IMG/VR virus record: IMGVR_UViG_3300025144_000001
Span: 1-63,240 of that record
DNA: 63,240 nucleotides
Reading direction: 5' to 3' (one strand)
Source: a virus
Lineage: Duplodnaviria > Caudoviricetes
The number at the start of each line of letters is the position of its first letter. The stretch's first letter is position 1. The notes under the pieces were generated by a model. That model was not told where the DNA came from and ran no database searches. It saw nothing but the letters and a program-made list of their open reading frames with translations. Shown piece by piece: positions 36,538 through 45,728 of the stretch. The translations under genes and the position numbers were made by a program.

Positions 36538-36873
36538 TTAAGCTTGAATGTGACCGCATTTCTCGCATATTTTCTCGTTGGTAGCGGGGTCGAAAGCAAT
36601 CTTATCATGTTTGCAATGGGAACATATTTCAATGATTATCTTCCTTGTGGGGTAGCGGGTGAAGTAGGATTGGTAGGTGAGTAATAGTCGCCGCATTCGT
36701 CGGGCATATTTGTTCCAACTGTTGCGGCGGGCTTGTTCGCGGCAGTCGGGGCAATATTTAACATGTGTGGCTTTCGGCGGAACGGTTAAACGCCTGTTGC
36801 AAATTTGCTCCCGACCATTCCGAACTACGACACCACGGCAAAACACTACGCGTACACCCTGCTTCCGTTTCAC
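36538..36873 (-). CDS. Zinc-finger protein with C-terminal TFIIB-type zinc ribbon
   Basis: YCPDC and CSHCKHDKIAFDPATNEKICEKCG (CxxC...D...E..CxxCG). Confidence 0.65.
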   Translation of the reverse strand: MKRKQGVRVVFCRGVVVRNGREQICNRRLTVPPKATHVKYCPDCREQARRNSWNKYARRMRRLLLTYQSYFTRYPTRKIIIEICSHCKHDKIAFDPATNEKICEKCGHIQA

Positions 36874-37499
36874 GATGCTTCATCCATCCATTGTTTTAAC
36901 GCGTCTAACGTGACAGTTGACGACCAAACATCGTGACCGACATTGAGAATTACATGTAATGGTCCAGCATTTGGGTTAGGTTCGAGTAATTGAAAGATTT
37001 TGCAATGAGTTTCATGTGCGGGTTTATCAAGTACCCCATGGATGAGGAAGACATTGTATTTCATGAATTTTTTGCGTTTGATTGGTGGTAGGTGTGGTGT
37101 GGATAGTAGCGCGATGTTTGTGATTGATGGTTTTTGCGCGTTAAGTTGCGAAAGCGCGAGAATTGCGCCCGCTGAATGTCCGACCAAAAACGTTTTCGGT
37201 TTTCCGAAAATCCGCCTCACCCACGCGCAAACATTGTCAACCCAACGGTCGCCCCACCGAAAAATTTGACCGTAGCGAAGCACAAGCACGCGGAAACCTT
37301 CGTCAACGAAGAAGTCGACTGCGCGAAGCTCATCATCGTTGAAGTGGCTGAAACCTTTACTATTAACCTTATCCACGCTATAGCGAATCTTCAAGCCACC
37401 CATAAACAACACAATAGTTCCTGCACACGCATCCTTCTCCAACGCAAGCACTTCAACGGGACCATAAATCCCATTGCTTGTGGGTGTCCAAACTTGCAT
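36870..37499 (-). CDS. Alpha/beta hydrolase
   Basis: GHSAG nucleophile elbow, HGVLD, GH. Confidence 0.8.
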   Translation of the reverse strand: MQVWTPTSNGIYGPVEVLALEKDACAGTIVLFMGGLKIRYSVDKVNSKGFSHFNDDELRAVDFFVDEGFRVLVLRYGQIFRWGDRWVDNVCAWVRRIFGKPKTFLVGHSAGAILALSQLNAQKPSITNIALLSTPHLPPIKRKKFMKYNVFLIHGVLDKPAHETHCKIFQLLEPNPNAGPLHVILNVGHDVWSSTVTLDALKQWMDEAS

Positions 37500-37675
37500 G
37501 GCTTAAAAATCTCCAGTAAAAAACTTGATTAGTAATTTGATATAGAAGCAGAAACCAATTATGCCACCGCATATTGTAAAGAGGGGGAATGTGTTGAGGA
37601 GACAATCAAAAGCGTAACTACTGAGACCGAATACAAATGGGGTTAATACAACGCACCACAAAAATAAGAGGGGAT

Positions 37676-38290
37676 TCACGGCTCGCATTCCTCCACAATT
37701 TGTTTCCATTTGGCGACTTTTTCTTCCTCGGTTTTCATTTCGCTCCATCGAATGTTGTATTTCTTCATCATGTGTTGGAATAGTCGACGCAGAAAGTGGC
37801 TGTCCGCGAGTTGGTAACCTAATAATCGCGCGTATTCGCTGTCGCCTTTCAAACGCAAATGTCGATCCTCCTTCTCCATGATCTCGTAACGTCCGCTGTC
37901 CTTCAACGCCAACACAGTTAATACGCAAGCCAAACTTTCACATGGCACATCGGGCCACCCTTCACCACACGCAAAACCCTGCCAAACATGTGCAATCTCA
38001 TGGCCCAACACGGCGAAATACCATTCCGCATACATGTAACTAAGCTTCGGCTCATAGTAACCGCGTGTCGCAAGGCAATCCACATTCAACTGTATGCCAT
38101 TGTGGTTTGCATTGCCACCCACCGTTAAGTCGGGAAGCAATTTGATTTGTATGGTTTCGGGGTATTCCCAACCCAGTCGTCGGCGGTAGCAAGCGTGAAT
38201 CATCGGCGCATAGCGGATGTACGGGATTAACATATCATGGAGTTCCACAGGGTAAAACCATTCAAACATCTTATACTTCAACTCAGCCAA
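37676..38290 (-). CDS. Zincin-like metallopeptidase domain protein
   Basis: GHEIAH (HExxH) with downstream ESLA. Confidence 0.65.
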   Translation of the reverse strand: MAELKYKMFEWFYPVELHDMLIPYIRYAPMIHACYRRRLGWEYPETIQIKLLPDLTVGGNANHNGIQLNVDCLATRGYYEPKLSYMYAEWYFAVLGHEIAHVWQGFACGEGWPDVPCESLACVLTVLALKDSGRYEIMEKEDRHLRLKGDSEYARLLGYQLADSHFLRRLFQHMMKKYNIRWSEMKTEEEKVAKWKQIVEECEP

Positions 38291-38292
38291 AG

Positions 38293-38547
38293 TTAATTTC
38301 CCCTCTTCATCTCGAAGCTAATTTTCTCGCCGTTAATTTCAACGGTTAATTCACCAGTATCCCAAATCTCGATGATTACAGTTGAAAAAGGCGAAAATAC
38401 TCGTAAACCCGTTTTCACACCGTCAACATAGTCGTATATTTGACTTGGACCGCTTCTCCAAGTACGATATCCTTCTTTAGTGACTGTGGAAGGTTTAGTT
38501 TCGGTTAGGAATTTTGCAATGAATCGTTTTCGCTTCAATTCAGTCAT
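38293..38547 (-). CDS. Hypothetical protein
   Basis: AGGTGA SD; in operon. Confidence 0.55.
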   Translation of the reverse strand: MTELKRKRFIAKFLTETKPSTVTKEGYRTWRSGPSQIYDYVDGVKTGLRVFSPFSTVIIEIWDTGELTVEINGEKISFEMKRGN

Positions 38548-38557
38548 TTTTTCACCT

Positions 38558-39100
38558 TTAAAAATATTCGACGTAGAATATTGTTACGAATGCGTCGTAG
38601 TGGCCGGCGTAGTCAGTTGCGTTGACCGCCGCTATCTTCGTGAAGATTGGTGTGTCGATGTCGATGTTGATTGCGTTGCCGGCGGGGAAGAATTGCGGCT
38701 TGTATAGGTCGCTTACACCGACGCATTGATGGTAGGAATCCCTTTGCACGTAAAATAGATAGTCGCGCTTCAAACTTTCAGCGAAACAGTATTGCGGTTC
38801 ATCATAGCGGATTAGTTGTTTTTTATAGATTTTGTCGGCATGCCATCCATCCGTGTAATCGAAGTATTCGTGGCCAGTATGCTTACCGTATTTCTTAATG
38901 TTCGGGTTTAAACTGACGGCGAGATATATTTCCGCGTTGCTTTCGATGTAGCCGTCGCAAAGCGTGTAGCCGTCGAAGCCGATTATCCCGATTTTCCTGT
39001 CGGTTTTCCAAACATCCTTAATGAAAACCTCACTCGTATGAGGCTTCAAGTAGCCGAAGTGGAAAACTGGGTATCGCTTAACATTATCATTCTGCGTCAT
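38558..39100 (-). CDS. Hypothetical protein
   Basis: Coupled ORF, 180 aa. Confidence 0.6.
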   Translation of the reverse strand: MTQNDNVKRYPVFHFGYLKPHTSEVFIKDVWKTDRKIGIIGFDGYTLCDGYIESNAEIYLAVSLNPNIKKYGKHTGHEYFDYTDGWHADKIYKKQLIRYDEPQYCFAESLKRDYLFYVQRDSYHQCVGVSDLYKPQFFPAGNAINIDIDTPIFTKIAAVNATDYAGHYDAFVTIFYVEYF

Positions 39101-39309
39101 TCTTCAATCCACTCGTACATTCGTCCTGTCCGTAAATCACATGACCCCTTTGCAAAGGAGATCAAGTTGCTCCATGTATGAAATTCGTCAATATCCTTCC
39201 ATTTGATCCACCAATAGGGAACGCGGATAAGGTAGAAGGGCAGTAGAAGCCAATAGTGTAGTGTTTCCTTCCAACCGAATTTCTTAACCCATCTGCCTTT
39301 AGTAATCAT
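39097..39309 (-). CDS. Hypothetical Trp-rich protein
   Basis: Coupled ORF. Confidence 0.5.
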   Translation of the reverse strand: MITKGRWVKKFGWKETLHYWLLLPFYLIRVPYWWIKWKDIDEFHTWSNLISFAKGSCDLRTGRMYEWIEE

Positions 39310-39320
39310 TTCACTTCACG

Positions 39321-42068
39321 CTACTTTAATTCTTTAAGTCGCTTCACAATTTCATCGTGACTAACATCGGGAAACACGTGTTTCGAATAATCTTCCTCGT
39401 CGACTGCACCTACGATTTCGGTTCCAAGCTCCTTACTCATCTTCACGTAATCCTTGAAGTCCTTCCACAAGTTTTGATAGCCGATTTGGGGAATGATAAT
39501 TTTTTGAAATTTCTCTTCGCGTGCTGCGTCGAGTTTTCCCGCGCCTCGTTTGGGTTGAATGCCGCCGACAAGACCAGCTTTGCCGTTCATGGATACTTTA
39601 CCAGTCATGCAGATGTTGGGTGATGCGGGTGTTTTTGTTAAGGCACTTATCATCGCCATTAAAATTGCCATTCCTGCACTTGGCCCCGAAGCTTTTTGCG
39701 TGTCGATGTCCACGCCTTCGCTTGGGGAAAGCATGTGTACGTAAATGTCGAAGTCCATGATGTTCAGGCAGTGCTTGCGCAAATATGTGCGTCCAATCCG
39801 CGCTGACTCCTTAATGCTTTCATTAACGGTTCCGTAAACCTCGATTACGCCTTCATTCTTCTTTATTGCTGGGAAGATTTGGCATTCAATCGGCAGCACC
39901 ATTCCCGTTTGCCCTTCGCTATCAGTGGCTAAACCAAATGTTTTCCCGACTTCCGGCTGACCGCTACGATATATGGCCTGCATCTGTCGAAGCTCCCGCA
40001 TCTCATCTGTCTCCGCCTTCTTCTCAAATGCCTTCTCCAAATGAAACAGGCGAATCTTCCACTTCTCCGGCGTAATGTTCGCGTAAACCCCATGCAAATC
40101 CTTTTCATTATTGTTCACCGTTTTGTTTAACGCAAGTATCTGTTGAATCCGCGTAAACTCGTCCTTCCACGCTAACCGAATGTCCTTGATCTTCTCCGGA
40201 AACATTCCACTAACAGCGTCCACAAGCTTCATCGTAGCCTGAATCTCCTTCGCACGCAAACTATTCGCATCAAGCACAACATCCGCTATGATTCGCGGCG
40301 AAAACGTCTTTTGAAGGAAAATCTTCATCGCTGAATCCGTGGTAACTTCATCATGTAAATGCTCCTTCACATAGCCCAAGTGAACCGCTAAAACCTCACG
40401 TTTCTCCTCAACCGATTTCGGATATGGAAACTCGAATTGGCGACTGAGCCTATCTTTCACGCCGGGATCGATGATGTCGAGGCGGTTAGTTGCACCGATA
40501 ACGACAACATTTCCCAATGGGTTAAAACCGTCGAGTTCCGCGAGAAGCGCAGCAGTTACAGTTTGAGATACTCCTGCATCGCCGAAGCGGGATCCACGTA
40601 TAGGTGCAAGTGCATCAATTTCGTCGAGGAAAAGTATGCTCGGCGCATGTTTCTTAGCGTTTGCGAACACGTCCCGCACACCCTTCTCGCTTTCACCAAC
40701 CAAACCCGTCATAAGTGACGGTCCTTTAACAAGGAAGAAGTTCACTTGATTCTCATTCGCAATCGCTTTCGCGAGAAGTGTTTTTCCGGTTCCTGGTGGT
40801 CCGTGGAACAAAAAGCCCTTGGGCGGTCTGTATCCGACTTTGCGGGCTTGATCCGCGTCCATTGCAAGCATGATTTCCTTGATTACATTGGGTTTAACGT
40901 CGTGCAGTCCACCGATGTCTTTGTAGCGTTCCCACGACTTCACCATTTGATGCGCTTCTTTCGCGGAAGCAGTCATTTCGCGTTCCGTGTACGCGATTAC
41001 TTTAGGGATTATTTTCGCGAAGTCATTGTACTCGTATTTCGGCGGTTCAAGTTTTGCGGCTTCACCTGACTTGAACATGGATTCGTGGATTGGTTTCTCC
41101 TTCTCTTCGACGAGATATTGGAATGTTTTTATAATGTTGTCGGGTACAACTTGTGTGTGTCCACGTGTGCGAAACGCTTCCTCCATCTTCTGCAAAATCT
41201 TCTCATCTTCAAATCCTTCGATATGATACTTTGCGCATTGACGGTTTATCAGTTCAAGCAACATTGGCCGCGTGATGCCTAAATCCAAGTCGAGGATTGC
41301 ACTTCGCCGTCGAATTGTCTCGAGAAGCGACTCGTACTTATCCGTTGAAAAAATAATGATGCTACGAAAATCTTTCGCCTGAAGCAAATCAATCTTCTGC
41401 AAAATTGTGCCTTGAACCTTCTGATCTTCACCGCTTTCATCGCTCGCCTGCTCCCAACGCCCGCCTTTCTTCGCGAAATTCTGCGCTTCATCAATCAAGC
41501 AAACCGTCGGTGTCGCAATAACCTCGTTAAGCATTTGCGCCACCTTGCGTGAAGATTCGCCGTACCACATGGTGTATATTTCGCTTGCCATGATGACTTT
41601 CGGGTTGACGATGTAGCCGTCTTTCAATCCACGTTCAAAGGCTTCCCGCTGAATTGCCTTCACCAAAAACGTTTTACCTGTACCACTTGCGCCTTTAACA
41701 CAAAACACTTTCGGCGGCGGATTCTTCAACTGTTCCCGTAACTTCGGGTCGCGCAAAACCCAATAATGCACACTCGTAAGCAAAACGCTTTTCTCAGTAT
41801 CGCGACCGACAACTTCGTTAAGCGTAACATGGGGAAAATCAGGTTTAACGCGATATTGCATACTCCACTTCTGCACTTTCTTCATACGCTTCTTCTCCGA
41901 AAGAAGACTGAATCGATGAAACCTGTATTCTTTCGAAGTTAGGTGAATCAACGGGCGATACAATACGCGGAACCATTTATGGCGATACCAATAGAATTGG
42001 GCTAAAGGCGCTTCCACCACATCCATGTAGGCTTTATCCGCGTCTTTTGGTTGCCAAGGTTTCCTCAT
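39321..42068 (-). CDS. Tandem AAA+ (Cdc48/p97-like) ATPase fused to a Lon-type (S16) protease domain
   Basis: D1 GASGTGKT/CLIDE; D2 DIGGL, GPPGTGKT, LFLDEID, GATNRLD; C-terminal GPSAG...TG...VGGI...K..AA Ser-Lys protease. Confidence 0.9.
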   Translation of the reverse strand: MRKPWQPKDADKAYMDVVEAPLAQFYWYRHKWFRVLYRPLIHLTSKEYRFHRFSLLSEKKRMKKVQKWSMQYRVKPDFPHVTLNEVVGRDTEKSVLLTSVHYWVLRDPKLREQLKNPPPKVFCVKGASGTGKTFLVKAIQREAFERGLKDGYIVNPKVIMASEIYTMWYGESSRKVAQMLNEVIATPTVCLIDEAQNFAKKGGRWEQASDESGEDQKVQGTILQKIDLLQAKDFRSIIIFSTDKYESLLETIRRRSAILDLDLGITRPMLLELINRQCAKYHIEGFEDEKILQKMEEAFRTRGHTQVVPDNIIKTFQYLVEEKEKPIHESMFKSGEAAKLEPPKYEYNDFAKIIPKVIAYTEREMTASAKEAHQMVKSWERYKDIGGLHDVKPNVIKEIMLAMDADQARKVGYRPPKGFLFHGPPGTGKTLLAKAIANENQVNFFLVKGPSLMTGLVGESEKGVRDVFANAKKHAPSILFLDEIDALAPIRGSRFGDAGVSQTVTAALLAELDGFNPLGNVVVIGATNRLDIIDPGVKDRLSRQFEFPYPKSVEEKREVLAVHLGYVKEHLHDEVTTDSAMKIFLQKTFSPRIIADVVLDANSLRAKEIQATMKLVDAVSGMFPEKIKDIRLAWKDEFTRIQQILALNKTVNNNEKDLHGVYANITPEKWKIRLFHLEKAFEKKAETDEMRELRQMQAIYRSGQPEVGKTFGLATDSEGQTGMVLPIECQIFPAIKKNEGVIEVYGTVNESIKESARIGRTYLRKHCLNIMDFDIYVHMLSPSEGVDIDTQKASGPSAGMAILMAMISALTKTPASPNICMTGKVSMNGKAGLVGGIQPKRGAGKLDAAREEKFQKIIIPQIGYQNLWKDFKDYVKMSKELGTEIVGAVDEEDYSKHVFPDVSHDEIVKRLKELK

Positions 42069-42658
42069 TTAGACAACCACCTATTCAGAAGATTGATTTT
42101 TTGTTCCGTTGAAATTTGCTGTATCGTAAAAGCATGTAGTTTTCGGTGGCAGTCCTTGCAAAGAAGAATTAAGTTGTTCAAATTATTGTTATTTTTATCC
42201 ATGTCAATGTGATGGATATCTAAGCGTGAAGAACATCGACATTTTCTACAGGTCTTGTCTCGGTCAGATGCTCTTACAGCGTTTTCACCATGTCGATAAC
42301 GAAGAAAACTTTCATGTATCTGTTTTGGGTGTGTCAACCGATAGCGTGTAGCGTTTAACTTGACTTTTTCGGGATTTCTCCTCATCCAATCTATTGTATA
42401 TCGGATATTCTTTTCTCTATTTTTATAGTAGGTTTTTCGACGTAACGCCTTGATCTCATTGGGATTTGCTTTTGCGTACTTTTTCTGGCGTTCATTTATT
42501 TCTTTGCGATGGGTTTGCTTATATTGTCGCCGCTTGTCTTTATTCGCCAAGTAGTATCGGTGCATATACTCTTTGTAGTAATGAGGATGGTTCCTGACCC
42601 ATTGTTTCATATAGTCACGATGTCGCTTTCTTTTTTCTTCTAGCGAAGCCAAGTCCAT
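42065..42658 (-). CDS. HNH homing endonuclease
   Basis: Basic N-terminus, then RDKTCRKC...IHHID...NN...NLILLCKDCH; start reassigned to ATG 42658. Confidence 0.85.
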   Translation of the reverse strand: MDLASLEEKRKRHRDYMKQWVRNHPHYYKEYMHRYYLANKDKRRQYKQTHRKEINERQKKYAKANPNEIKALRRKTYYKNREKNIRYTIDWMRRNPEKVKLNATRYRLTHPKQIHESFLRYRHGENAVRASDRDKTCRKCRCSSRLDIHHIDMDKNNNNLNNLILLCKDCHRKLHAFTIQQISTEQKINLLNRWLSK

Positions 42659-43728
42659 ATATCCACCAATCCGTAGATGATTGAGCCGATGAGTGCGGCG
42701 ACGATGAAGATGATTAGCAGTAGTATGGCCCAGCCTGCGTATTGTCCCATGCGCATTTGTCCGCGTTGCCGTCGGTCGCGTACTTCGATGATTGCGAATG
42801 CAATGAAGTAGCCGGCGAGTGATCCCCAAAAGATTTTGCTGCAGATGAACCATACGAGTGGGTCGAGGATGTATGCGATTGCGGGGTGGCTTTCCCAAAT
42901 GTTTGTGGCTGCGATTTTCACATTGCCCTCAAGTGTGCCGGTTGAGGTTGCGAATGCATATTGCATTTCAAGCAGTATGCCAGTCGCTTGGTCCCACCAC
43001 CAATCGATTTTAGCGCCGATGTCGACGTATTGGATGTGGATTGTGTTGCGGATTGCGCCGAAGTAAATGCGGTACTGCGTGTCGGTCACGTACATGCTTG
43101 AACCGCGGTTTAACGCTACGCCCTTCCTTAAGCTTATTGCGGTGAAGATTTGGTTGTAGACTGGGAAGCCGATGTCACTTTGGTAGACGGTGACGTATCC
43201 GTATTCAACATTTTGACTGAGGAGTGGAAAGATCGTTTGGTAAGTTACGTTGTAAACGGTTGTTGTGCGGTTGACAAGTTTAACGGTTGGCGGACCGTAG
43301 CCGTAGGGCGAGTAGCTGGTAACATTATAGGATTCCGTCACATTCTCAACCATTCGGTATGAAGTCCACTGCTGCCCGAAACCGCTGAAAGTGTTTTCAA
43401 GTGCGGTCGTAATGTTCGGCGAGTTGTCGGTTATTGTGATGTTCATGGTTTCGGTTACAAGTTTCGGCGCTATTACGGAGCCGTTTTCGAGGAAATATGT
43501 TGCGGTGAAGTAAACCTTCGTCTTCGCCGTCACGTTTAAAACATCAAGTTGAACACCCACAATTTCCGGCAACCAATCCGGCATATTAACTGCATACGCT
43601 ACGCCGTCGCCAACCTTCACACCTGCAAAATAGTTGGCGCCGAAACAAAGCGGAAAAACTGAGCAACTGAAAGCGAGGATGCTAAGGAAGAGCGAAAAAA
43701 CAATAATTTGCACTTGCTTACCTTTCAT
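42640..43728 (-). CDS. Secreted/membrane-anchored surface protein
   Basis: Signal peptide, GVKVGD..Y and WDQATGILLE motifs, many N-x-S/T sequons, C-terminal TM helices. Confidence 0.75.
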   Translation of the reverse strand: MKGKQVQIIVFSLFLSILAFSCSVFPLCFGANYFAGVKVGDGVAYAVNMPDWLPEIVGVQLDVLNVTAKTKVYFTATYFLENGSVIAPKLVTETMNITITDNSPNITTALENTFSGFGQQWTSYRMVENVTESYNVTSYSPYGYGPPTVKLVNRTTTVYNVTYQTIFPLLSQNVEYGYVTVYQSDIGFPVYNQIFTAISLRKGVALNRGSSMYVTDTQYRIYFGAIRNTIHIQYVDIGAKIDWWWDQATGILLEMQYAFATSTGTLEGNVKIAATNIWESHPAIAYILDPLVWFICSKIFWGSLAGYFIAFAIIEVRDRRQRGQMRMGQYAGWAILLLIIFIVAALIGSIIYGLVDIWTWLR

Positions 43729-44272
43729 AGGGTTAACCTCGTTTGAGATTGCGGATTTGCTAGTCGTTGTCGCGCGATTTCGCAGTATTCAAGGCTTTCG
43801 CTTGGAGATCCGCGTAAAAACGTGGAGGCATCCGCACAATGAATCTTATTAATGAGTTCCGCTAACTCTTTCATTGGGTGGATTTGCTCCTTTCATGTCT
43901 TTCAAGCGAGGGAAGCGTGACGGGGGCAACTTCACCTACTCAAGTTCGTACCCGCATTTAGGGCATTTAATGATGAGGGGTTTTTCTTTCAGACAAAAGA
44001 TACAATGATATTCGGGTTTTCGCCTCGACATAGTCATGCTGTAGTCATGTTTTCCAGTTGGACTAAACTGACATTCATCATCCATGTTTTTTCACCTTAA
44101 GTTTATTGTGATTAACGTTATGTACGCGATTTTGAAGAGGGTTTTCAAGTTTATCATCCGAGACTTAAACTTACGTAAACCAATCCAATCGGGCGTGTGA
44201 AAAATTATCCAATCCCAAATCGCATCCAACGTAACCAACATGAAGATTGCAACCTTCGACACAAACAACCAA

Positions 44273-44734
44273 TCAAGCATTTGGAAAATCCCTCTCGAAA
44301 CTGTTTTTGAATTCGGTTATGGTTCGGTAAATTTTAGTGGCGAATCTGAAAATCCAAACGCTCGGCTTCTCCCGCGTGAATATTACGAATGTAGGTATGT
44401 TCAAATCATGGTTCGCCCAAAAGATTTCCATAGCGGTTCCCTGCACAGGCTGAGGAATGTAGGCGACCACTGCATCTGACTTACGGATAGCCACCATGTC
44501 ATCGCTAACAACTTTCTCCCGAAACTCAGGAACTTCGCGCCAAGATAAGTCAATAACCCAGTCTCCATCTTTCTTCCAAGCATATCCTTTTCCTTCGAGA
44601 AACGGCACTTCGAAAAGCCAAGGATCATATACTTCGTATCCTTTCTCGATGAGCCAATTGCGCAAAACATCGCGGTATTCTTGCCGGTCCTCTCGTTTCT
44701 CAATCGGTCCCGCTAAATACACGCGTTTACTCAT
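44273..44734 (-). CDS. Nucleoside 2-deoxyribosyltransferase/N-glycosidase family protein
   Basis: VYLAGPI, YDP, D..AIRKSDAVVA, GTAMEI. Confidence 0.85.
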   Translation of the reverse strand: MSKRVYLAGPIEKREDRQEYRDVLRNWLIEKGYEVYDPWLFEVPFLEGKGYAWKKDGDWVIDLSWREVPEFREKVVSDDMVAIRKSDAVVAYIPQPVQGTAMEIFWANHDLNIPTFVIFTREKPSVWIFRFATKIYRTITEFKNSFERDFPNA

Positions 44735-44930
44735 TCTTCTTTCAGCCACTCCAAAACTTCCTCAGCGACTGCTTTCATGCCCGTCTTTATCGGTGCAAGT
44801 ACATTGAATGGATAGTCTTTTTCCAATTGAGAGAGCTTCATTATCTCTTCAAGTCGCTTCCGCATTGCTTCACACCACTTCTCAATTTCCTTCGCATCAA
44901 AAAACTCGTAACCGCTAATGGGATCTTCAA
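44731..44930 (-). pseudogene. Frameshifted paralog of the 59759-59974 gene
   Basis: TTG-MKIP... in one frame and ...EKWCEAMRKRLEEI...VAEEVLEWLKEE in the -1 frame; T-TTT-TTG at 44904-44898. Confidence 0.55.
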
Positions 44931-45331
44931 TTCTTTTCTTTCTCCCTTTCCAACAAAATTACCGCAATCAAACTGTAAACACTCAAATCCTTCAAAGTGT
45001 CCGAAAGCGATTCCCCGACCGCATCCGGCTTACCCTTCGCCAACTCCACAATACGGGACCATTTATCGCTCATACGCACCAAACAGCCATGAAACGCTGG
45101 AATCCCAAATCGTTCACACTCTTTGAAATTGCTTAATGGATCGTCGTTCGCGTAATTCGAATTCTTCCGGCTATGCAAATCCGCAATCTCATCAAGCAAT
45201 GCGTAAAAGCGTGAATGTCCATGCATCGGTTTTTTCAATATTTTCATCATCCTTTCAAGTTCGGCATCACATGTTCTGTAACCGCAATCACGCCGACAGT
45301 TCGGGTACTCACTTTCATGTTCGCATTTCAT
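44927..45331 (-). CDS. DUF1599/nucleotide-modification-associated domain protein
   Basis: KNSNY...DPLSNF...VRMSDKWSR...ESLSDTLKDLSVY. Confidence 0.75.
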   Translation of the reverse strand: MKCEHESEYPNCRRDCGYRTCDAELERMMKILKKPMHGHSRFYALLDEIADLHSRKNSNYANDDPLSNFKECERFGIPAFHGCLVRMSDKWSRIVELAKGKPDAVGESLSDTLKDLSVYSLIAVILLEREKEKN

Positions 45332-45561
45332 TTTTTATCCCAACCACATCTCAAAACGCGGTAAGTCTTCTTCATGTCGGGGGTGTACTTACCGCCTTTC
45401 TCGCACTCCTTGCATACTGACCACGCCCAAGCCGCCCAACCGACCTCATATGGAATCCATTTCCCACATAGTCCGCAGTGGGTTCCAACCGTCAAATACT
45501 GCACGATCCAAAACGATATTTTCCATGCTAACCAACGCCAAAAACGATCGACTAACTTCAT
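45328..45561 (-). CDS. Small zinc-finger protein
   Basis: CGLC and CKEC. Confidence 0.5.
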   Translation of the reverse strand: MKLVDRFWRWLAWKISFWIVQYLTVGTHCGLCGKWIPYEVGWAAWAWSVCKECEKGGKYTPDMKKTYRVLRCGWDKK

Positions 45562-45728
45562 TTCAACCGCCTTTTCTCACATTAGCGTCTTGGTGAATTT
45601 TATAGTGGTGATATCTGCAAAGAGGCGCAAGATTTTCTCGCGAGTTGTTCTGTCGCTTTCCATCAATGTGATGAATATGTTCAGCATCGCAACCACAAAT
45701 CCTACAAACGTAAAATCGCGCCCACAAC

